Source: Selaginella moellendorffii | Taxonomy: Eukaryota > Plantae > Lycopodiophyta | Length of the DNA stretch: 64,000 bases | Assembly (NCBI RefSeq): GCF_000143415.4 | Contig: NW_003314265.1 | Coordinates: forward strand, 758,405 to 822,404 | Direction: 5' to 3' | Shown here: in pieces, positions 23,709 through 37,217 of the stretch | How the letters are laid out: the number at the start of each line of letters is the position of its first letter | Position numbering within the stretch: position 1 is the first letter of the stretch | Position numbers and translations under genes: made by a program | The notes under the pieces: model-generated | The model's input: only the letters and a program-made list of their open reading frames with translations | Database searches by the model: none | What the model was told of the DNA's origin: nothing

Positions 23709-24860
23709 TGCGATCTGTGAGGAGAATCACGGTGAAAGCCCCGGCCAAGCATCAAAATATCATACCAGATCCGCGCGAAACGATCCTCGCCGCGATTTGG
23801 AAAGATCACGCGCGCGACACCGAGCTAGAGCGCATCAAAACGACGATCCATCCCAACAACTCGTTTGTAGGGTTTGGGGTTGAAAAGAAAACGCGCAGGT
23901 TTGACTATTTCGACCCGGAAAATGCCACCCGATTAACGGCCCAGATTTCCTGACAGTGGAATAAAAAAGAATTTTCCCGGTTTATGGAGTAATACATTCG
24001 TTGCGCTTGGCAGGATTCGAGCCCGCGCGTGAATTTCAAATGTCAAGAACGATTGGAAGCAAGGAGTGATCGTTTGCCTCTGGATCCAATCTCTAGGGTT
24101 CTTCTATCGATCGCCAGGAGCGGGAATGGCGAACTGGCGCATGATTTTGGAGCTCATGCTGCTGGCGGCGGCTTCCATGGGTATCGTCGCAGCGGCGCTA
24201 GCGCGCCTCCCGTTCTATGGCGACGGATGATGCCCGCTGCGATGCTTCCACGTCGGCAAATCGCATTTCGAGACGGTACGATCTACTCTCTAGCTACGGT
24301 ATGGCATGGCGCTATACCCCTGTTTCTTCCCAAGGATCTCTCTGACTGGGAATTGACACAGTCACAGGCAGCACTCTCTCTTTCACGCTTCTCCTCACAG
24401 GAAGAACAGTGTGCTTCTTCGATCCATACGCTTTTTCTATCTTACCGTGCTCCCTCGGAGTCCTACCTAGGAGATCGGCGCATTTTCTTCTCTCTCCTGC
24501 AAATTGCTCCACTGCCACCACTGTCCTGAATCCTGATGATCTGCCACCGCTGAGCACTGTCACGCAGCCCGTATATCTTTTTGGGTGGCACCGATCCTCC
24601 TCCAGGATCGCTTGCTCGTCGTTTCCACCCATCCAGAGTCAAACGACAGCTTTGTCAATCGATGGAGCGATGGATCACTCGATCTGGCTATTGCTTTCTC
24701 TGGGTATTTACAGCGAGCGCGGAGCTCTTGCAAATTAATCAAATCCTATCTAAATGAATTGCCAGCACCCTTTTGGAAAGACCCACAAGCACGAAGAACA
24801 CGAGAGAGAAAAGAGAAGACACCGAGAAGGAACAAGCTTTGCGATCGCTGGGTGGATCGA

Positions 24861-25472
24861 TCAACACATTCCACTACGGAATGGGACGACGACAGGGAAG
24901 CTCCAGGGACTGCTCAGCAAGACGATCCCACACTGGCTCTCCTTGGTGGACAGGCCGATCATGGCCTGGATGTAAGCCCTTCGCAGCTTCTTGAGGAACT
25001 CGAGCGGCGAGAGCCAGCTCCATCGTACGCGGCTGCAAATCCGGAGCCTCATCCGCCGCCACCGGCTCCTCCTTCGCGCGTGGTAGCCCGCCGATCCCAC
25101 CCGGAGAGGCACACGCCATGAATTGCTGCTGGACGATCGAGTGAACATCCTCCTCGTTTTCGACCGCTGGTGCTGCTGCTGTTCTTGAGCTCTTGAAACT
25201 TCCTCTCCTTTTTGTTCTTCTTCCTGCTCCTCCTCCTCCTCCTCCTCCTCCTCCTCTTCGATGTAGCTCTGGAACAAATCTACCGGATCGTCGCCCCCGA
25301 TCTCCTCCTCCTCGTGGATCTCGTCCAGGCGATGGTATGGCAGCCGCGTGAGCTTGATCTTGCTGATGAATCTTCTGCCGCTAGCGAGACCGCTGCTGGC
25401 GCTGCTTGGAATGGAAGGCACGTCTGCTGCTGCTGCTGCTGCTGCTGCTGCTTGCGCTGCTCCTCTCCCCAT
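24861..25472 (-). CDS. Uncharacterized plant-specific protein (YxRLD ... Arg-rich ... SPxxxLxxLRxAY family), single exon
   Basis: 203-aa ATG ORF with poly-Ala and poly-Glu tracts and the motifs RLPYHRLDE and LSPLEFLKKLRRAYIQAM. Confidence 0.75.
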   Translation of the reverse strand: MGRGAAQAAAAAAAAADVPSIPSSASSGLASGRRFISKIKLTRLPYHRLDEIHEEEEIGGDDPVDLFQSYIEEEEEEEEEEEQEEEQKGEEVSRAQEQQQHQRSKTRRMFTRSSSSNSWRVPLRVGSAGYHARRRSRWRRMRLRICSRVRWSWLSPLEFLKKLRRAYIQAMIGLSTKESQCGIVLLSSPWSFPVVVPFRSGMC

Positions 25473-27352
25473 TTTTATAGAAAGATGCGATCCGACTCAC
25501 AAGAAAGAAGAGCAAACGAAGAAAGAAGAAGGGACAGTGTGCGTTAAATGCCTCTTGTCTCTTGGGATTTTTTTTCCCCCTCTTTCCTTTTCTCCTTGTG
25601 GGGGGCAAGAACTGGGGAGCTCTGCTACTGCACCCTTTTGAGACACTGCTCACTGATGCGGTGGACTAAAGTCTCCTGTCTGACTTTGAATTGAATTGGA
25701 TTCCTGGAGAAGAAAGCAATACCACCATTCACTACACTCACTCAAATCACTCCTCCACTACTGCTGGCTGGGGAGATCTTTGCTTCTTCTTTGTTTCTTT
25801 TTTTCTCCTTTGTTTTCTTTCTTCCAAGAAGAAGGACAAACTTGCAATTAAAACCATGCACACACCACCAGCCTTCACAGTGTCCAAAGAGGCCACAGAG
25901 CTTTGTTGGCTGCCTGGCCCTTGAGCTGGGGCCGGGGCTGGGGATGCTCTTGCTCTACTGCTATTCTTCTACACTCCTGAGCTCTCTGGCCTCTTTGTTG
26001 GCGCTGGACTGTGAGGAAATCTCTGTGAGCGAGAGATTTTTAAAGGCTGTAAAGAGATTTTACAAATCTTCTCTAGACCACCACAAGCTTTGAATGGTCG
26101 ATCATGAAATGCGTAACAAGGACCACTCACACACGGGGGGCTGTAAAGCAAAATGTTTTCTATGGTGAAAGGAAGTGGGATCTTAAAGAGCAGGGGGAAA
26201 AGGTGGGGAGAGTGATTGATCACGATCGATTTTGCGCTAACTTTCTATCGCGACAATACAAATACCGGCATGTTTCCTGTGACGAAAGCAAAGTTTGGGG
26301 CTCGCAGGAAAGAAAGAGCGAGGGAAGGAAAATGTCGATCCACCAACCAAAGTGGTGTTGTTGTGTGTGATGCCGAGACGATTGGATCGGGAATTCCGGA
26401 AGAACACGAACATTTCACTCTCTCTCTTTTTCTTTCAGTGGAGGAGATAAAGACGAATGCGAGGGATAAGAAGCAAGAAGAGTGCTAACATACGACTGGG
26501 ACTAAACGACGGATCCAATTAGGTCGCCATAGCCACCACGTCCCTTTATTCACTCTTTCTCTCCCCACTCAATCAATGTGTAGGGAATTGGGGCTTGCTT
26601 GTTAGCACGGAGAAAAAGCCGACACAGCGAGATGAGTGACCCGTGGTGGACTGATCATACATACGTTTCTTTCTTGTCAATAGAGAGACCAGTGCGCATA
26701 GCCTATATACTAAAATCCCAGAACGAAGTACAAATCTTTTGGACGGACCCTTCGCCCCTCAAGCTTCGTGATTAACAATGGTAGATTTCACGGTAAAAGG
26801 TCGAGATTTCTATAGGCTCTCTGCCCTATGATCCTTCTCCAGGACCACAAGAAGAAAAAGTTGGCGGGAGCTAGAACGGGGCTACATTGGGTTTTCTGGG
26901 TGAGAGGACACAACATGCAAACACAAGCACGAGCCTTGCATGCCACCGCCCCTGCAAACGCTGGCGTGTACAACGGTGGCACGTAAGAACCCTAACCGAC
27001 TCTTCATTTTTCTAGGTTTTGTGGAGATTTGCAAGATCAAGCTTGCATGGCTCGAGCGAGGGGATTTAGATTCGTATCCCGGCTGTGGGGGAGAGCTTGT
27101 GGAGTGAGACGCCCCAGGCTTATAAAACAGGCACCGCTTGGACTTCTCCCATGGGACGCTCCTAAACAATGGCGAGAGAAGGTTCCCGGTCAATGACTTG
27201 ATGGATGAGCAACCAAGCATGGTCAGAGAAAATTCACGAAGAATTTTAATAGTCAAAGGCCCTTTGGAGCCATTTTGATCACCAAAAACGAGAGCTCTTT
27301 CTACAAAAGTGCATTGATCCATCGAAAGTGGTCAGCACAGAATGCAAGCTAA

Positions 27353-27361
27353 AAACCCTAA
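27353..27361 (+). promoter_or_regulatory. Telo-box upstream of SmG
   Basis: Exact AAACCCTAA about 100 bp upstream of the ATG. Confidence 0.5.
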
Positions 27362-27462
27362 GCCCTAGGGCCGTTTTTGGGTACTCTAACGGCTGGGATG
27401 CTGCCACGTAGCCAAGATCATTTTTTAGGGTTCCTGGCGAGGGAAGCGAGCGCCAAAGCACC

Positions 27463-27896
27463 ATGAGCAAGTCTGGGCAGCCGCCGGATCTCAAGAAGTA
27501 AGTGTAGAAGTTTTCCTCGGGCCACTGCTTGACTGATTTCTTTCTTTCGCCGGCGCTAGGTACATGGATTTGAAGCTTATGAGTGAGTATTCTCTTCTTC
27601 CCAGTCTTTCGTTATGGTTCTTTTCGTTTCCTTTGTTTCTAACAGTCAAGCTCAACGCAAACCGAGTTGTGGTGGGCGTGCTGAGAGGATTCGATCAGTT
27701 CATGAACCTCGTCCTGGACAACACCATGGAGATCAGTGGCAACGAGAGAACGGAGATTGGCATGGTGGTAAGTAGTAGCAAAACTCTGCGCTCGAGCTTT
27801 CGTCACACCTTTTTCTTTTTACTCTCGCAGGTGATCAGGGGAAACAGCGTCGCCATGATCGAAGCTCTGGAACCTGTGGCGCCGAGAGCGCAGTAG
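27463..27896 (+). CDS. SmG: Small nuclear ribonucleoprotein G (Sm G), 4 exons
   Basis: MSKSGQPPDLKK|YMDLKL..KLNANRVVVGVLRGFDQFMNLVLDNT..IGMV|VIRGNSV (Sm1 and Sm2 motifs). Confidence 0.96.
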
Positions 27897-28009
27897 AGGT
27901 TTTTAGCTCTGGAATTTTGTTAAAACCTCTCGCAAGCAAAGAACCAAGAATTGTTTTCATCTTTGCTGTTGCAAAAAAAAAAACCGTAGATTCTTCTTAC
28001 TTGGGTTTT

Positions 28010-29445
28010 CTAGTCTGCGACAAGCCGGCTCAGCGATTGGATGAGCTGCTTGAGGTTGTAGCGTGTTCCAGCGTCTCCTGTCAACCCACTTATGTCCTCG
28101 CTAATGCTCTGGACAAGATTCCAAAGGCGACAGAGATGAGATCCCTGTACTGTTCTAGAAATACAGAGCTTTTTCTTTACCTCGATGTGCTTCAAAGTTT
28201 TTGTTAATGTGGAGACCGACTGGCGAAGCAGCTCCGTGTTCTCTGGCGTCAAAACTGAGCTGTTGAGCTTTCTACAAGAAAAAACTGGATAAGCTTTAGT
28301 GGTGGCAGAGGAGAAAGAGAAAAAACCACTTTGGCACCTTAAATCTTCCCCGGCCTCCGCTGCAACTTTTGTCAGCTTCTCGAATTCTTTAAGAAGCCCA
28401 CCATCTCTGATTTCCTTGATCAGAGGTTCCATGTCGCCAGCCATTGATTGAACCTGGGCCAGCATCACTTTGTTAGACAAAAATCCACACTTGGGACTAG
28501 GAAAACTGGGAAACCAATGCCTACCTTGGCGAGAAGAGGCTTGGCTTCTTCTACCGCCAGACTCATGCGCTCGCCAACGTCGTAAAGCCTCTTTACTCCT
28601 TGTGCATCAATCTGCTTCGCGAGTTTAGTGCATATCCCGACGAGTTCATCCAGACTGACACCTTGCTCGCCTCGAATGCTTTCCCGGTCGCAAACAATGA
28701 GGCCCTCGCCTTTGCAGTCTGGATGAAGGGGACCGACTGTCGGACTGGGAATGGGATGTTGCGGCGTGATATCAATCAGCGTCTCGCTCACCAAGCCCGA
28801 CTGGTTCACTTCCACGAGCGCGTTGCGAGGGATCACCAGGTTTGCATCGACAATCTAAAGAGAAAAGATAAGAACCAAAGAAAACACCAAGGGAAAAAAA
28901 ACGAGGAAGAGAAATACCTGGACTTCCACGTCGAGCTTCTCCAAAGTTGGCTTGACACGAATCACAGTCCCGACGTCGACACCGCGAATTCGCACGGGAG
29001 TCCCGACAGTGATCCCCCAAGCCTTGGCAAACTCGAATGTGGCAAAGTATTTGCGAGAGCGAGCTCTCAGCTGTGTGCCTTTGACCCAAGCCAGCGTGAG
29101 CCCAAGCAGCACGATTCCACCCAGAAGAAACAATCCGAGCCCGGCCTCCCACAGGCTCTTCTTTCCAAATCCAAAGTTACTCAGAGGATGCGAGATTTGG
29201 TTCCACATCGACCGGGGAAAATCCAGCAGCGCCTTGAGGCTGCTCTTGGATTTGCGCTGCGGCGGCGGCGACGGATTCACGGCCCGCGGCTCCGAATTGC
29301 TCGCTCTGATAATCCGCCGCTGGAATCTGTGCTTGCGGAGGATTGTCAGCGGATCGAAACTGCTCGAGAGCCTGCGGAGAGATCTGGCGATCGGCCGGCA
29401 TCCTGGAGGCGCGCATGCTATTGAAAGCGCTGTTGGATTCATCAT
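28010..29445 (-). CDS. TGD2: TRIGALACTOSYLDIACYLGLYCEROL 2 (MlaD/MCE lipid-binding ABC subunit, chloroplast)
   Basis: Transit peptide, FGFGKKSLWEAGLGLF, GITVGTPVRIRGVDVG, IPRNALVEVNQSGLVSETLIDITP and GLIVCDR. Confidence 0.95.
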
Positions 29446-29564
29446 AGCCGCATCTAGAAGAACCCTAGCTGGGGAGGAGAAGAGGAATGCCGCATACCGG
29501 AAAATTGGTGCTCATGATGTTCCATCGGCATTATAAACCCTATTTTCTTTTTTAGGGTTTATGC

Positions 29565-31437
29565 ATGGCAGCGCTGGTTGGATTGCCGCTCCTCCGCTGC
29601 GGCGGCGTGGATTTCGATCGCTGGCCGAGTCCGCGGCATCGAAATGCAGCTGGATTTTCGGTAAGAATGCCGGCGCTGAGGATTTGCGCCGCGGCTCCCA
29701 AGCACAGGAATTTTGCTAGGAAAAGCGACAATGCCTGGAACCAAGCGCTCCAGAACGAGGCTAAGAAGAGGAATGGAAGCTCTCCTCGTCCTAAACAGAA
29801 GACAGAATGGAAGAAGAAGAAACCTGTGTCCAAGGATGTGTCGGGAATGTTTATAATCGATCGAGAGGAAGTTCTTCAAGAAGAAGTAAGTTTCTCCATC
29901 CCAACCTCCTTAGAATTCTTGTGACTCTCGTTTTCCTGGCAGGAAATAGTGCCAACACCGGCTTGGAATACGTTTGCTAGCAACAGCCATGGTGTTTGGA
30001 GAGGAGTCGGAGCAGTTTTTTCTCCGGACACAGCAGCGGTGGAGCCAGTGGGTCTGGGTGGTAGAAACGAGTATCTCTACGACTGCCGGATCGTCAGTTT
30101 CGTGGAGTCTGTTCCCGAGAAGAGAAGCATCGACAGGGAAGTGCTGTGGAATTTGCAGAATCCTTACGCTAGCAAAACACAGGAGAAGGTCCAATCACAA
30201 GACGAATTAATTGAGCAAGATTTGGCGATAGAAGAGGCAGGATTAGATTTGGAGACTGATAGTGGTGGCGAAGAAGGTTCTGTAGAAGATGGAGCCTCCG
30301 ACGAAGACGATGTGGAGAGAGAGGCCGATGGGACTAGTGGTGAAGAAGAGTTGACGGACGGTGATGGAGAATTTGATGATAACGAACAGGAACTTGATGA
30401 TGACTTTGATGACGATGAGGATGACTTTGATGAAGATGACGAAGAAGAACTAGATTCGGACGATGTTGCAGGGGTCGAAGATCCTGAAGGAAGCTCTTCT
30501 GAAACTGAAGGTAGTACGTCTCAGGAAGGAAGTGTCGAACCGTTTACTTTATGTGAACTCAAGGCCAAGCACTCATACGAAGGCATGAAGGATGTGATGG
30601 AGAAGGAAACAATCGGCATGGAGCCGGGTCTTGTGTTCTTTGAGGTAAAGCCCGCCTGTGGTTTGTGTCAAGTAACAGTTTCCTTTTTACTCCCTCTGCT
30701 ATTTTTTTTCTTTCTACATCAGGACGGAGCTTTTTCTCGGGGACCAACACGCCTGCTCAGAGCGAAAGATGACACAACCATTGCAAGGGGCTACTTTTAC
30801 TCACCAACGCACAAAGTAGAGCAGGTGAGTAGACATTTTCTCTTGGTTCCATGTTTTGAAAGCCGGTGTTTTCAAGTGTCTAGTTCGAGCTGGGCATAAG
30901 CGGGTGCGGATATGTCACACGATCTCAGTGAATGACGAAACAGACGAAGTGGAAGTCTTGCGCGTCGCTGCGTACGAGGAAGAATGGCTAGGACCTGTAA
31001 ATGAGCAAAGCTTCAGGTAAATCAAGTTCGCAGTACATGCCTGGCACTGATGGCTGGTTAACTTGAAAAGGTCATCGAGCAACCCCGAGCTCAAGTTGCT
31101 ATCACAGCGCTCACGCCTCCAATCAAAGGACTTGGTCGGAACTTGGAAGGTGTTTGAGATATATTCTTCAGTCACTCAACAGCAGGATAGCGGAGTATTC
31201 ACTTGCACAGAGTTCAAGAGGCGCAGGAGGATACCAGCGGCCAGCAGCGAGCAAGAACCGGCCGTGCTGTGGCTGCCAGGTGACATCTACACATACGTCC
31301 ATTTGACCACAGCAGGCGTCCTGAGAATCGGTGCTGGCTGGAGATTGGAAGAGAAAACGAATCTGGTGATTGAGAGAGACTACGATCCAGACGGCGAGCT
31401 ACTCGGAGCCCGGGCTCAGACCGAAATACTGCTCTAA
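29565..31437 (+). CDS. Plastid DUF3598-family protein with a long acidic insert, multi-exon
   Basis: PAWNTFAS..GVWRGVGAVFSP..EPV..NEYLYDC, MEPGLVFFE|DGAFSRGP, GHKRVRI.HTI and LWLPG; resembles recalled At2g44760-like proteins. Confidence 0.8.
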
Positions 31438-31881
31438 GTCAACGATAGGGGGACACGGTTCTACTGTCCATGTCAACAACATAAGACTAAAGGTGAGGCT
31501 CCTCTTTTCTTTTCCTTCGGTGTCTCGTAGCTGACTTATCTCTGCGATTGTGATTGCAAAACAATAGGAGAATTTTCGAAAGGACGCACTGCTCAGCTGT
31601 TAAAGTGAGTTTCTTTAACCTGGGAAAGGAGGAGAGCCCTAATGATGTGCTTTTCTACGTTTCAGTAGTGCTGCTGCCGGCTACTTCCAGCAGGAGTTGG
31701 GCGTTCTTGGCAAGGTGAAAGATTTCTAGTGCAAAACGCTGTATGGCAGATAGCATTTTGATTTGTAACTTGCAGATCAGTATTTGACATCACATAGCTG
31801 GATTCGGAGTAGTTTGGAGACAGTTTTCGGGTCCATGCTCTTCCCGGGTCCATGATTCTGATCTCCGACAGGTTGGGTAAA

Positions 31882-33408
31882 ATGGGCGTCGGCCAGAAGA
31901 CTGTGCTGGCTGTGAAAAGCGTTTCTGCGGGATCAGAGGCCTGGAGCGAGGATAAGTTTCTTCCGGGAGACGTGATCGAGCAGCTCAGAACCGGAAGCCA
32001 GGTGGTTGCTGCTGTAAAATCTCCTTTTTCGGGAGGGAAGACTGGCTTTGGTCGAGAGCTCCGGAAACTTGCCTCTGCAAAAGAAAGGATCTATGTGAGA
32101 ATTTCTCGGCAAGGGAGGAGGCTAGAAATCACTGCGTCTGTGGTTGCTGAGGAGTCTGTGCTTCGAAAGCATTATGCACTGGCAGATTATGAAGATAAGA
32201 GCTACACGGCCACCTTTATGGATGCTACTGAAGAGGAATGCGCTCTTATTCAAGGTAAGGCCTTTGCGTTTTTAGCAGTTGCGTCGAATTTTCAACTCGC
32301 CAGTTTTTTTTTTTTTTTTTTTTCTTGACTTTTAGACCAGACGCAGAAGGTTTTAGAAGGCAGAGGCAAGTCCAGAACTTCCAACACACAGATGAGAGGC
32401 TGCGTTATTTCGTACGCGTGGCAACAAAAGATGCAGCATTTTCTTCCTCCTCCAAATTCGTCAATTGTTTTCTCACTGCTCGTTATGCCGTTTAAGCAAG
32501 CTCAACTGGGAGCAGGTTACAACGATGTCGATGACACTTCAGCAAGAGCAATGGCGTGGCTGTCGGCTTCACAAAAGGTAGGAGTACCTATCATTTTTGT
32601 GAACATCCAAACAGAACCAATTCTCAGACAGGTAACTGCCTTTAGTAGCAAGTTAAAGTTTCTTAACAAAATTCTGTTTGCAGGGCTCGAGTGCCAGAGG
32701 ATTTGGCGTGGCTGGTCAAGAAGAGGCATCGAGTGTTGCAAACTCGGGAAGCTATACTGTTCACGATGAGGCTGGAAGCGATATAGGGGTGCTGAGAGGA
32801 GTTCGTCTGTGGTTCGCTCCTGCTGCATCAGAGTTGGCATTGAATCTTGTTCCACATGAAAGCGAAAGACTAGGCGTCGGCATCAGTCACACTGAGGAGG
32901 TATGTTGGATTTATTTGTTTTTACTGCTCTTTGTTTATACGTCTAGAACTTCCAGGGGTTTCTCTACGTATCATCGGTCGAATCTGGAACTGCAGCCGAC
33001 CGTGCTGGACTAAAGCAACTGCATGATTCCGGGCGTGCAGCCGGAAAGCTACTAGTGATTTCCCGGATTACTGGAAGAAAAGTCGCCCCCTGGATGGTGC
33101 AGTCCTCCGGCGCCATTCGCTGCTTCGACACGCTACTGATCAGCGAGATCCTCTCCTTGCACAAGCAGTCACTGGAGCCGATCCAGATGTTCGTCATGCT
33201 GTGGAACGGCGTCGTCCTACTGCCGCGTGGAGCCGACGGCGTCGAGTCGGCACTCTCGTCCAGCGACTTCAGCAGCGACAGCCAGCGAGTTTCCAGGACA
33301 AGAACGAGCTCGAGCTCGTCAAGGGTGGTGAAGTGGCAGGACAGCGGCGACTCGGGCAATCACTGTTCCGTCCGTTACGAAAACGAGGATTTCTCCTTCA
33401 GCTTGTAG
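31882..33408 (+). CDS. Uncharacterized conserved plant protein with PDZ-like segments, 4 coding exons
   Basis: SAGSEA..PGDVIE, WLSASQKVGVPIIFVNIQTE, GVRLWFAP, GISHTEE|GFLYVSSV..AADRAGL and PWMVQSSGAIRCFDT; canonical splice sites. Confidence 0.8.
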
Positions 33409-33822
33409 ACGGGTGGTGGAGGCAGTGGAGGAGACAAGGACATAAGAGACAGGGACAGAGATAGAGATGGATTGGTGGACGGTGCAGTGGGAGGATGATC
33501 GACCGACAAGTTTGACCGCAGTGGTGGTCACAGGTACATTCAAGAATTTGATTCCTGGCAGCTTCTGGAAAGCAGGCGTGGGACCGTTTCCGGTCTGGGA
33601 TCATGCAAAGACACGAGAATATAAAAAAAGGCTCGGCACGATCAGATGATCAGATGGGATTTATCACCAGGCATGACGTTGGAGACTTATGCACACAAGA
33701 AATGGTTTCGTGTGGATTAGATGGAGAAACAATGATAAACAATGCGCGGAGATGCCTTACGCTATAGACCAACCATTCACGGCAAATATCTTCTTCTGGC
33801 TTTGCCTTGCGTTGCGGTTGAG

Positions 33823-34709
33823 CTAAACCAACGACTTGATGCCAGTGACGTAACTCCACCAGGATTTGGAGGTGGAAGAAGTCTTGGACTCTTCGCCGCA
33901 GCTGTTCTTGAGGGTAACAGGGCACAGGACGAAGTTCCGGGTTCCCATGTTGGCGATCCGATCATCTGGCTTGAGTGCTGACAAAACCAAGCGGCAGGAA
34001 ACGTTTGGTAAGACTGACACTTCCACGAGCAGGAGAGATGGAGCGAACCTTGGGAACTGAACTGAGAATCATACAGCTCGAACTCCCGCGTGCTACGACC
34101 GAGAGCTGGAACACGGCCTTCGTGTGCGTACTTGAGAAGCGCCATCTTGATCACCTCCTTGACGGTGGCGTCGCTGGTGACAACCATCCTCAGAGGGCCC
34201 GTGCTGCCGAGAACAGTCACAGTTACAAGGGTCTTCTTGGTATCAATCGGCATCCCCTGGAAGGAGAAGAAGGAGAAGCTTTGAGCGACGAAGAACCGGA
34301 AGAAAGAATGGAAGAAGAACCAGAAGAAGAAAGGTACCTGGAACTGATTGAAGAGCTGAACGAGTGCGAGATATGGAGTATCCTTGGTGCCGTCCTGCCG
34401 CTGCTGCTGCTGCTGCTGCTGCTGGGATGCGTCATGGATCGACGCAGCGGACTGGGTCCGAGTGGCGACCTTGTCCATGAAAGCTTGGCCTTGGGCGGAG
34501 TCCCACGAGTAGGAGGAGCCGTAAGGCGGATGCACAGGATGGTGTGGCCGTGGAGGTGGCAGCTTGGAAGATCTGGGAGTATGCGAGGAGCCATCCTTGT
34601 GTGGTGGGCTCTTCTTCCTCTTGCTCGGACAGCGCGAGGTGGATTGCGAGCGTGAGGAAGACGGCGACATGGACGACTTGGGTAACTTACGGGGCATAAG
34701 CTGCTCCAT
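33823..34709 (-). CDS. At4g22758-like (DUF7054) uncharacterized protein, 3 exons
   Basis: LVTVTVLGSTGPLRMVV..VIKMALLKYAHEGRVPALG..FELY, GTRNFVLC and KSWW. Confidence 0.82.
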
Positions 34710-35562
34710 TCTTGGCCGCCGCCGCCGCCGCGAGCAAGAGGGTCACTGCTCGACGGAGTGGAGAGTGCAGCGACGAGCAGAGTCCTGGGAGACTGGCCGC
34801 TGGTGTGATCATCAGCCCGAGAGCTTGGGGATTGGATCCTGGCATAAAGTGGGAGCTGGGAATGCGTGCTCTCACGCAACAAGACACGGAAGGAATCGAG
34901 CGAGTAGCGAAGAAGACGAGGAGACCCAAACCCGAGAGACCCTTTATCCTATGCGACTGGATGAGATCGAGCAAGCGCCAGTGGCCATAGCCAAGTTGCT
35001 GATTGCTTGCTCGAGGAAGGAGGAGGAGAAAGAGCCCTCTACGAGAATGGTTTGTGAGAAAGGGGAAAGAAGAATTATAAATGCGACTGCCACGTGTACC
35101 GCCGCCGGCGTTGCCGCGTGGACACGTCCTGTGACGTGGATGCCCTCGTGGACAAAAACACTTGTTAGCGCCATTGGAAGCCACACACACGGTAACACGC
35201 TAATCGCTAGAGACCAAATGGAGAACGATCCAGCGATTGAGGGTTTTGGCAGTGTGTCGCTCGATCACAAATGGGCCAGGGGAAAGAATCTTAGCACGGA
35301 CCGTTTGTTGCCTTGTTCCGATTAAATCGTGTATCACACCAACATTGTCCTCTGTGGCGTGTCGGATCGATTGATTGGCCACTCATCCTACAAGGACGAC
35401 GCAGTTTGGGCACTAGCGCGTGTAGGATTGAAGGACTCGCAAGACTCTCCAGTACCCGAGGTAGAAGACGACGCTTTTAGGGTTCTTGGCGATAAATTAG
35501 GGATTTGGAATATTCTCTAGGAAATATGCTTTGAGAGGAGGAGCCACAGGGAGGGCGGGGCG

Positions 35563-37120
<1,558 letters not shown>

Positions 37121-37217
37121 CAATGTCGATCGAGAGAGAGAGAGACAGAGACACGAGAAATAACACACTATTTTTTGTTCTCCATTTTTATAGAGTCATT
37201 AAATACACTGTTTTAGA

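Noticed and set aside
24228-24230. Selenocysteine UGA (G*CPLRC)
   Set aside because: Land plants lack Sec machinery; no SECIS or selenoprotein fold was recognised.
35218-35520. Coding-like fragment (..YKDDAVWALARVGL..) upstream of succinyl-CoA ligase
   Set aside because: Short, interrupted by a stop and not recognised; cannot be supported as a gene.
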